DNA from: Pocillopora damicornis
Taxonomy: Eukaryota
Assembly (NCBI RefSeq): GCF_003704095.1
Contig: NW_020846595.1
Span: 124,001 to 188,000, forward strand
DNA: 64,000 bases
Direction of reading: 5' to 3'
Shown here: one piece after another, positions 12,817 through 22,899 of the stretch
How positions within the stretch are numbered: position 1 is the stretch's first letter
Layout: every line of letters starts with the position of its first letter
Program-made: the position numbers and the translations under genes
Notes under the pieces: model-generated
Databases searched by the model: none
What the model was told of the DNA's origin: nothing
What the model saw: the letters and a program-made list of their open reading frames with translations, nothing else

Positions 12817-13934
12817 GTAAGAAAAGCTAGTTCAAGTCAGGAAGGTCAAAATTTACCACCCACTATGCCCCCGTACCCAGACAAAATGTTTAATGTTCCG
12901 ATAATTAAGATGAGCTCATGGTAAGTTTCATTGGGCATGATCGACCTCAGAACATGCTGTTGCTGTTGCCGTTGTTGTATATTTGTTCTTCTTTCTTTAA
13001 GATGAAGGAAGATTTGTCGCGAAGTGACATGTAAACAAACAGAGCAATAAGATTAATAATGAGGTTAACCACTAGCCGTAATATGGCAAAAATGTGAAGC
13101 CGCTAGAAGTGAATATTGATTAGTCGTAACAAAAAGTAACCGTCTAAACTTTTTCTGGTAGACTTAGAGGAAAGAAATTAAACCTCAGCCGTAATATATA
13201 CAACATTTTAACTACTAGGCTGGAAAAGCTATCACCCTACTGAGGCCCTCTAATAAGGCAACATAAGAACAACCTTGGCGGGTAACAGTTACTCTCTGGC
13301 CGGCTGGTTCAGTTGGAGTCTTGTTCAGTAACATGGTATGGGCATTTTTGTTCGTTGTCCCAACACTGAGCAGTTAAGTTTTGATAAAGATGGCCTGTTG
13401 GCGTCAATATCAACACCGCAATTTACAGTGAACGGCTATAATTATCGCACTCCACTCATCAGTTATCATCGAAAATCAAACTGTGACCTCGCTTGCTGAT
13501 ATATACTATCTGCGATCCTCATTGGTTCTCGCTATGAGAGTTTATCTTTTACAACTATGGTCGTTAGCTTTCACTGGGATCGTTAGAATTTCATAGAAAT
13601 AAGTTATTCTAACCCACTAACGCGTAACAGAGGTTGGCATACCACTTACGATTACTTACAGTTTTTTATCATCATTAAGAGGATTTCAGCCAACACCGGA
13701 AACTTACCGTAGCTGTTTCTAATAACTTAAATATTAGTAATGTTTGCTGATATTTTGGTGGAAATTTATTGACAAGCTCTAGAGATATTAAGGGAGATGT
13801 GACCCACAATCTGGTATCCAAAACTCAACAGACAAATCGAGATGTTGGCACTCATCCAATGATTTGAGATATAGTATGAGGCAAACGTATTTTTATCTAA
13901 TCAGCTGCAAATGAGGTTTAGAAGTCCATAGTAG

Positions 13935-14127
13935 TTTAGCAGAGCAGAAACACAGTAAATGGTTTGAATCCAGGGGTAGATAATGAAGTCTGATCGTCCG
14001 GGTGAGTGTAGTCCAGAGAAGGAATGTTGTCACCAGTGGTGACTGACGTTTCGACAACTTGAGTGGAAGGCAAAGGCAAGACAACTTGCTTGGCCCTGAT
14101 GATATGCCTTCCGCTAAGGTTGTCGAA
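13935..14127. mobile_element. Penelope-type repeat fragment with inverted partial hammerhead copies
   Basis: The minus strand reads ...GTTGTCGAAACGTCAGTC (14041-14058). The plus strand has CTGATGA...GGTTGTCGAA running into the gap (14096-14127). 14050-14072 and 14105-14127 form an inverted repeat. Confidence 0.55.
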
Positions 14128-14429
14128 NNNNNNNNNNNNNNNNNNNNNNNNNNNNNNNNNNNNNNNNNNNNNTATTGGTCGACGTGGATTCCCGAACTGC
14201 CTTGTGTTGGTACCAACATTATTACATTATCACTATGGCTTTGCCAATTTCCTTGCCTGGGGTCCTCCTCCTCCCCCTCGAAGCAGATATGCACCGTTGA
14301 TGATAACGTGACCTTTAAGATTTGGGTACTTGTCATTTTAATATTAGACATTAGAAGCAGACTTACAGTGTTACTATTAAGGTGGAATTCATCAGCTCTC
14401 GATCTGAAGGAAACTTTCTCGGGTATAAA

Positions 14430-17269
14430 ATGTCTCAGAATTTTCTGTGTTTAGGTCTGTGCCTTTGTTACGTTCTATTTATGAACATTCAGACCGCTGA
14501 TTCCTCTGCCCCAACAGGTAAGATAAAATAATCTCCTATTAAATTACTAAGTTAAATAATCCTAATCCTGGATTAGGGTTTTCTTACATTTCTAGTCTCT
14601 AAGTGTAGAACTCGAAAAAGTTAAAAAAATGTCCCCCTTTCCCACACTTATTGTTGAGAATTTCCGCTCTTTCACAGACCGTGTAACTTTTTATTTCACC
14701 TACCATGTAAGATACGTGCGGAAATTTCCTAAATTGCAAAGTAGCTGACCACTCTAAGCTTCATAAATGTATCCAAGCTTGAAATCTTAACTTGGAGGCT
14801 TGATAGACTGGATAATTCATAGAAACAACCAGGTGGTTGTTTCTTCATTTCTCGTTGTATTTTTAATCTGCATACTGACCCGGAAACTTCGTTGAGATTT
14901 CGATACTACAAAGTTATTTGGGATATATACACTCACACCTAATAGTACGTGTTTGCTCTGATCCTCGAGTTAAGTTTTTAAGTCTGCTATCTTTAAAAAT
15001 ATTTTCCATCTTTTGTGTTTTGACTTATAACAGTAATTTAAAAAATCCTTACAGGCTAATATATTATGCAAAATTGATCACATTCTTGAAATTAGGTTCC
15101 GCTACTTGTCAGTGTAAACAGTTTCTGCATTGATTATAGCAAGTGCTCTATTGTTCGAGAGAACTTCGATTCTCACTTTTATTTTAACTCGATATGATTT
15201 TCCTCCTCTGCAATGGTTAGGCACTAACATGTTAAATTCGTTTTAGGAATAATCTTCGTTCATTATTCTGTTACAGTTCATTCCTGTTCTCATAAATACT
15301 TATCTGATCTTGCGAGATTTCCGCAATTCATTTTAGTGCGTCCTGTTTCAGTTTCCATCATGGTCTTTTAGATTGTTTTGAACTTTTTAAACGAGAGAGT
15401 AAGATCGGAAATTTACAGGCGTTCAGTTTTCACACAGTCATGTTTAAAGTTATACGTCTCCAATTAAACAAATGAAAAAGAATCCGTGTGGACGTTACTT
15501 AAATTCAATACTGCATCGGAAAGCTTAAAAATCATCAGAGAAAATCGATATTTATCAATAATAGATAGAGTATTTGGCCACTTGATTCCTTTGGACCTGT
15601 TCCTCGCGAGTGAAAACATTTGGTCGCTCATAACATCCACTACCTGCATTGTCCTCATGAGGGTGATGCTACAAAACATTAATTGCAATACAAAATTATA
15701 ATGTCGATTCTTAGACAAATCAGGCTCGAAATTTATAATTATAACTTCTAGCTACACAACACTTCATTCAGGGAAAAGGTCTGACTAGTACTTCGTGTTT
15801 TATACAATTTAATTTAATACGTTTTATATATTAAGTGATATTGCAGGAATTTACGTTTCTGAATGTTATAATGGAAGTTAGGGGTAAAGAGCTGTTATCC
15901 ATAACCTTGATCTCTAAATTTACATTTCCTCTTTCGCTTATCAAACAGAAAATTCCTCAAGAGAGTCAACACTTTCTGCGCCAGAGAGAGGTAAGCGTGT
16001 AATCAAACATGTCTAAGCTAACTAGAATGAGAATAAAGGGTTAATTTTTTTGAAAATTTCAACAAATTTCAGATGATCCAACTGGGGCAATGCTACCCAC
16101 ATCTACCCGCGCACCTGACCAAAAAACTCCTCGCGTTTTTTTTTTCACTCCTCCGCTACTATCACACAATTTCTGTTCCGCTCCGTTTTGCACTCTGAAT
16201 GCCTGGTACAGGCTAGATTCATTGACACACGCACTACTTGTAAAAGACTGAACACTTTAATACAGACATATTTTCCGTATATTTTCATCGAAGAGTAAGT
16301 ATAAAAGCATAATCTGTAAGAGGGTCTGAACAAAATAAACCGACTAGCAACAACTGACTACTGACAAAACGCAAAAATAATTACCAATTAGCGACAAGAA
16401 AATATTAAGCGACAAACTGGACATGGTTCAAAATTATCGATGTTTATGTATTCAGAAAGAAGAGCATTCTGCTTAAGAGGTAGACAACTCAAATTTAAGA
16501 ATTTTTCAAACTTTTTAATGGCAGTGAAGGAGCGCGGGCTCATTCTGAGAACAACGTCCGCCTACAACGTATATGAATAATTAACTTGCATTTTGAATCA
16601 TTATTCAGATTTACTGACTACCATTAGAAATACAAAAATTTAACCAACTACCCACAAAGTGATGAAATTCTAACCGACAATCGACATGAGGACTCCCGGC
16701 CCCATTCCGACTTTGCTGCAAGTCTTCCACCTATCGAAACAAATGATTAGCAGATCAGCAGAGTCTTGTCGGTAGAAAAACGTTTTTTGCGCTTACTCAA
16801 AAGTATGAGATTCAAGTACACCTGACGTACAAATCGATATAAGTCTTAGATCACTCGAAAATTATTCATGGTCGCCTTTTATTTGTTACGGATATCAATT
16901 TCTCATGCCCTGGAAGGGAGTAAAGCTTAAGTTTGTTAGGGGACATTTTCCCCAATTATTGAATATCAATAGTATTGCGCTGCTAAATTTAAATTAAATT
17001 TCGTTTTGAACTAGAAACTAAGACATACTTTTTCTTTCTCAGCTTGGCGTTTAAGCGGGTTTGTTATCGCCTATTTCGTCACCTTGGCAGTAGTTGCAGC
17101 CATGCTTTACTGGTTGTCACGCCAAACGAAAAAGGATACGACAAATGGAGATGAGTTACAGATGAACACGTCACCGCTGGAAGTTGGCATAACTCACCAA
17201 GCAGTTGCTGAAGACTCCGAGAGTCCAGAGAATGTTACAGTTCTCTTTAATAACAACACAAAGTTTTAA
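14430..17269 (+). CDS. Gene B: small type I membrane protein ending NTKF, about 118 aa
   Basis: Exons 14430-14517 (MSQNFLCLGLCLCYVLFMNIQTADSSAPT, CAG|GTAAGA), 15949-15990 (ENSSRESTLSAPER, phase 1-1) and 17043-17269 (AWRLSGFVIAYFVTLAVVAAMLYWLSRQTKK...EVGITHQAVAEDSESP...NTKF*). Confidence 0.78.
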
Positions 17270-18749
17270 GTTGAGGACAAAAAAAAATACATAAACTTCA
17301 TTTACATTGTAAATTCTTGTAGATTTATCTACTAAACACCATTCTACTTCAGTACCACCGTAGTGGTTTGCTATGCGGGCCTTAGTATCTTAGAATAGCT
17401 GACTCGCTTTATATCATCGATCGAGTAACGTCGAGTAAGAAAATTGATCAGAAAAACGGGTTTTAGAATCAGCAAGATTGTTGTAGAGTCTTATCCATAG
17501 CAGCTCCACGGCTAAGGAACAGTCGGCCAACTTAAATGCGTCTCTCTCTTACTCATTTTGATTAGAAGAGTATTTCTTGAAAACATCGATGCTATGATGC
17601 CCGTTTACATTACCTGGATAATCTTAAACACGGCGTTTTTATTAGTAAAAAGCTACAAAATCCTTCGTCCACACTAGGAAATGGATGATAGTTTTTAGTC
17701 CACAGCAAGAAAATTGAACAAGAAGATCATCTCCAGCTACTACAGTTGACTGCATCCTCGGGCATGCGTAAAACAAGTTTTTTTTTTCTATCACGGCAAA
17801 AAACTTATTGCAAAAGACTTATCTGTGGCACCTTCAAGACTGTGGAATAGTGCGTCGACTTCACTGCGTGTCAGCGAAATTCTGAAATTTTTATAAGGAA
17901 ATAACGTCCCGAAACTGAATAAAAAAATATTTAATTCTTAACGCTACTTGCGCGATTATAAAGAAGAAACTACCCGTTCGAAAACTTCCTTCAAAGGTGC
18001 TGAAAACTCGATTTTAGACGACGTCATTTAAATCGATTCGGAGAGCTGTCTGCGCACGTAAGACCCACGGTTTTCAAACACCTGCAGCTCAAGTTATTGC
18101 TAGAAATGAGTCAAGGACGCCTTTTCTTGTGGCGTCAAATCTTCAATCAGATCTCAAAGAGATAAAGAAAGTAGTACGAGACTTTGTTTCATTCGACTCG
18201 AGTAATCACGGAGTTAGCTAGCTAGGCAAGATTAAAAATGGCGGCTCCCTGCAACCTCAAAACGCATTCAACTTTTTATGATTCCGGCGATACGCAAAAT
18301 TCACAGTTAGGAGCAAATGCATTTGAAAAACGTGATCGATATTGCCATTGTAATCAATCACAAAGCGCAGTAAGGACCGGTAAGTTAGTATGATTCCGCA
18401 CTCATCTTTTCCGGCCTTTTTCGACACTCATTTGAAAATTGCCCTACAATGGATATTATTGGATCGGATACGACATAAAATAAAAAGAAAAAAACTGGCT
18501 GACGGTCGATTGGAATACTTTTTGGTCGTATTGTGTCTCTTACAATCGAGCATAGAGGGAAAGCGATTCGCAGATTGTGGTTCGTACGGGAACTGGCTGG
18601 GTCGAGACGCAGTGTGTCTCGTTCCAATCTCCTCTCTTCTGAGGTTTCAGCGTCATATCATAAGGAAACAAAATGGCTCACTATTGAAGCCCACCCGGCT
18701 TACTGACGTCTGACGGTGAACCGGTGGAATTGGAAATATATGTTTTAAG

Positions 18750-18822
18750 ATGACCTCAGGACACTGTTTGACGCTTCTATTCATTTCTCTCTTGATTGGA
18801 AATTCCAATTTTGTTGTTAAAG
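18750..18822 (+). CDS. Gene C distal alternative signal-peptide exon (SP1)
   Basis: MTSGHCLTLLFISLLIGNSNFVVK, 73 nt, phase-1 donor AAG|GTGAGA. Same length and phase as 12744-12816 and similar in sequence. Confidence 0.65.
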
Positions 18823-19208
18823 GTGAGAAAAATTAGTTTAACTCGGAGAGCTCCAAATGAAGTATGGATGGTGCCCTATATCCAGAAGGAATGTTGAGTT
18901 TACCATCATGGTTACGAGTTCTTAACAACTGCATGGGGTATCGGATCGATCTTGAGTCATGTTCTTGATGTAGTAGCTTAAGTTTTTCCTTAGGTTACTG
19001 TTTTTCATTTCTCTTTTCTTACTGGAATGCTGCAGATATTTTTGATATCCAACATTTTGACAAACGTAGCAACATACCCTCCAACAGCCATGGAAACAGT
19101 TGCTCTTGAGATAGTTATTTCATGTACTTCAATTCATTTTCAATTTCAGTATGCCACAACATCATAACCTGCCACAGAAAATTTTGTTCATATTTCCTAC
19201 CCAAAGCA

Positions 19209-19468
19209 GTTCATCCTTGTCAAATCTGTTAGTCAATATCAACACCGCGCTTCAACCGCTGCGAACAGAAATAATTATTAAACCACAGTAACGCGTTCAT
19301 CTTTGTCAAATCTGTTAGTCAATATCAACACCGCGCTTCAACCGCCGCAAACAGAAATGATTATTAAACCGCAGTAACGCGTTCATCTTCGTCAAATCTG
19401 TCGGTCAATATCAACACCGCGCTTCAAACGCTGCGAACTGAAATAATCATTAAACCGCAGCAACGCGC
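19209..19468. repeat. 3 x 86-bp tandem repeat
   Basis: Units start at 19209, 19295 and 19381 (gttcatc.t.gtcaaatctgt..gtcaatatcaacaccgcgcttcaa...). Confidence 0.95.
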
Positions 19469-20341
19469 TCAATCACGAACCTGACCTCGCTTGCTACCTA
19501 CGATATTGTGTTGTTTCCGCTTTATATCATAATGAGAGTACATTTTCATTTGATTGCTAACAGTTACAAAGATCGCTGAAATTTCTTAAAAAGAAGCTGA
19601 GTTAGGCCATTAGGGTTAAATAGCATCTACTGATCTAAGAATTTCAACATTTGATTTTTGATGATAAATGGGATTTTAGTCTAATACCGGAAATTGATTC
19701 GTTTTGCCAGCTGGACTCTGGCGGAAACTCGATCGATGAGTCGCAGTGATCCATGGTATTGGATTTCTGCAGGACGAAGGGTGTCGAAGATCTGTCATTT
19801 TAGAAAAAAATCAGTGAGCAGATAATAGGGATTGAAAGGTCCAGACAAGAGAAATAATTGATTTAAAAAAGGAAAAAGAAGAAGGAAAAAACCATACGCT
19901 TAGAATCTTAAGAAAAAAGCGGAAACAGGTGTGCAAGTCTGTTGCTAATATCGCTTTTCAGAGAGCTAAAGTTCGATTTAATTCAATACGTAAATTTTTG
20001 GGTAAGTATCGAATCGACGTTTTCGCTGTATCGTTATTGTGATTTAAAAAATGAAATAGCAAACTGGATTTACTGATGTAGCAAACACAATGTTCGGTGA
20101 AGCGAACAAGTAGCGAATTCGAACCGTAGAAAACCGGAAACGTAACGAAACCGGCTACTGGAAGACGATTTCCTTACCCAAGGTCCCCTCTCTCCTCAAT
20201 GGTAGATTTGCATCGGCGCTGATAAACAGATCACTCGGTTCAGGGTCTATGATTATCGGTTGGTTGAATCAGACTGACGGTGCAACTCTTCACGCACAGC
20301 CCATCGGTGTTTGATCCGAAGACTCATCTCTCAAGCATAAA

Positions 20342-22899
20342 ATGTCTCAGAATTATATGTACCTTGGTCTCTTCCTCGGTTTCGTTTTATTTTTGGCCAT
20401 TCCGACCTTTGCCTCTGGCTCATCAGGTAAGATAAAATAATCTCAAACTGATTTGTACAACCCTATCTGAGGGATTTTGCTAAATTTGTAGTTTCTTGAT
20501 TAAAAAAAAAAACCTCAGTGTTGAAAGCAAAAACGTCACACATGCACGTACGGATTCAGTTTTTTTTTTTGTTGATTGATGAAAGTTTCCGCGCCTACAC
20601 AAACGACCGCTTAAATTTCCTTCACTGAAGTAAAACGTTTAACCGATTTTAATTTTCGATCGAGACGGAAATCGCGTTAATTGCTGAGTAGCAGGCCATT
20701 ATAGGGTTCATATAGTTAGCTAAGCTTGAATTTATAATGTGGAGTCTTGCCAGACTGCCCAACTGATAGACTGATCGATGGCCGGATTTTCTTTTCTACG
20801 TTTTTGACAGAATTTTCGTAAGGACCCGGAAACTTTGTCCCGTTTTGATTTTTAAGGTTATTTGGGATACATACACTATACCCTAAATAATAAATTTTGG
20901 GTGATGATCCTTGCGTCAAGACCATTATCTTCTAGCACATCTTTACAGTCGATTTTTGTGTTTCGAGTAAATCAGCTAAACATTATTAGTTTCCGGGGCT
21001 ATCAATCACTTAATATTGTGATTAACTTCCATCAGTGTTAACTGTTGTAAGAGGATTCATATTTTAGCCATCACTTTCGCTTCCTATCACTCTGAAAAGT
21101 GTAAACAGTTTCTACATGAGTTACATCAAATGCTCTTTCAAAAAACCTAAGATACTTGGGTTTTTTTTTAGTTTAACTTGACATTGACATGTTTCCTCCA
21201 CCTCGGGAGTTTCCTATACATTTCTTTCCAATAAATATCTTTTTTCAGTTTTTCTGTTTGTAATTTATAAATGGACATGCTCTTCTTGTCCACCGTTTCC
21301 AGTTCGAATTTGGAATGAGGTTTTTAGTGGAGGGACGAAAACCTGAGGACCTGGAGGAAAACCCTCGGAGACTCGGAGCCAGGGCGAGAACCTTCAAGAA
21401 ACTCAAACCACAAGTGACGCCAACTCCGGGAATCGAACCCAGGCCACAGCGGTGGGAGGCGAGCACTCTCATCACTGCCCCATCCTTGCTCCCAGTAATA
21501 TTTACCCAGGGATCACGGATCTCTTCATAGCAAAACCGAATTGTTTTTTTTTTTTCATTTGAGACTCAAGATCCCGAATACCGAAGCCAGTGCCGCTCTT
21601 AAATTCTTTGTGCATCTTCCGAAGGGTCACTCCAAACATTGAGTGATATTGTAAGAATATAGCACTCTAAATACTTTCAAGAAAGGCAACGTTGATGTTT
21701 TGGTCATTTTTCATTATCATATTTATATTCCATATTCCTCTTTTTTAAACAGGATGTTGCACAACAAATTCCACCTGGCGATCAGAAAGTACGCCTTGTC
21801 CATCATCAACAGTTTCGACTACAGCCCATCAAGCATCTACTTCGCCTACACCTTTGTCTTCATCTAAATCCTTCCCATCAGCCCCACCAGCGTCACCTAC
21901 ACCTACAGCTTGGTCTTCAGCTCAATCCTCCCAATCAGCCCCTCCAACGTCACTTACAGCTTGGTCTTCATATCAATCCTTCCCATCAGCCCCATCAGCG
22001 TCACCTACACCTACAGCTTGGTCTTCAGCTCAATCCTCCTCATCGACCTCTCCAGCGTCACCTACACCTACAGCTTTGTCTCCTACAGGCGGCCCGTCAA
22101 CTGCCCAAGAGAAAGGTATAGGTGTTAACATGTGACATTAAACACATTTACTCTGACTTTGAAGTTCTCAGGATTAAGGCAGTGGGGACACTTCCGTATT
22201 TACTAAAAAAGATTTCCTTATTTCTGCGTATGTTATCATCGTTTCTCATTTCACCATGGCATAAATAGAGATAAATTATTCGTTGGAAAGTGCGAACGAA
22301 CGATTTTTGTTCACAAGTTGCGATGCATCAAGTAACTCACTCAGGAAAAGCTTTTAATGTAAAATCTTTTTTCGATCGGTCTGTATTCATGACGTCGAGC
22401 CAAATATTCTCCGTTTAGGCCTCTCACTCAGTCAATAATATAAGTTCATGGTAGTTTCCCTTTCAGCGTTTCTCAAAAAGCGAACCTAACTGAAATCCAA
22501 GAAAAACTTTGCGTTCTCATGACAAATTTCTTCTCCAAACAACTATTTTTTTTCTTAACTCTAGACACAGGTGAGAAGACCACTGAAGCCCCGAGTCGGT
22601 CTGAAAAGAAATTATTAATCGGGTTAGTTATTGCTTATTTCACCGTCCTAGTACTCATCGCGGTCACCTTCCACTGGATATCCCGCCGGGAGAAAATGAA
22701 AGCAGCAAAAGGAACTGAGTTCGAGATGGACGCGTCAGTGCTGTGTGGATCAGCGGCAACAAGGTTGGGGAACATCAGTGAACCGGAAGTTGGCATAACT
22801 CACCAGGCATTTGCTGAAGACTCTGAGAATCCAGCGAATGCAACAGTCCCTGAATCACAGGAAGTTACTGTTCAGGTTTCGGAAGATACAAAGTTTTAA
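20342..22899 (+). CDS. Gene C: mucin-like type I membrane protein ending DTKF, about 260 aa
   Basis: Exons 20342-20426 (MSQNYMYLGLFLGFVLFLAIPTFASGSS), 21753-22115 (GCCTTNSTW...S/P/T/A repeats...AQEK, phase 1-1) and 22565-22899 (DTGEK...LLIGLVIAYFTVLVLIAVTFHWISRREK...EVGITHQAFAEDSENP...EDTKF*). An in-frame alternative acceptor would start the last exon at 22571. Confidence 0.85.
21260..21493 (-). mobile_element. tRNA-derived SINE in intron of gene C
   Basis: The minus strand shows GGGAGCAAGGATGGGGCAGTGATGAGAGTGCTCGCCTCCCACC...GGGTTCGATTCCCGG (Pol III A- and B-box-like), followed by a GGTTTTCCTCCAGGTCCTCAGGTTTTCGTCCCTCC core typical of cnidarian SINEs. Confidence 0.8.
21840..22085 (+). repeat. 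Coding tandem repeat (units of about 54-60 bp, about 4 copies) forming the mucin stalk of gene C
   Basis: Repeated tcacctacacctacagcttggtcttcagctcaatcc, encoding SPTPTAWSSAQS-type units. Confidence 0.9.

Noticed and set aside
19209-19468. CRISPR-like array
   Set aside because: Whole units repeat with no unique spacers, the context is eukaryotic, and there are no cas genes.
19962-20001. Internal coding exon of gene C (ttttcag...TGG|GTAAGT)
   Set aside because: In phase 1 it reads into TAA within three codons; at most a UTR or poison exon.
21400-21493. tRNA gene
   Set aside because: A/B boxes are present but there is no cloverleaf, and it continues into a SINE body.
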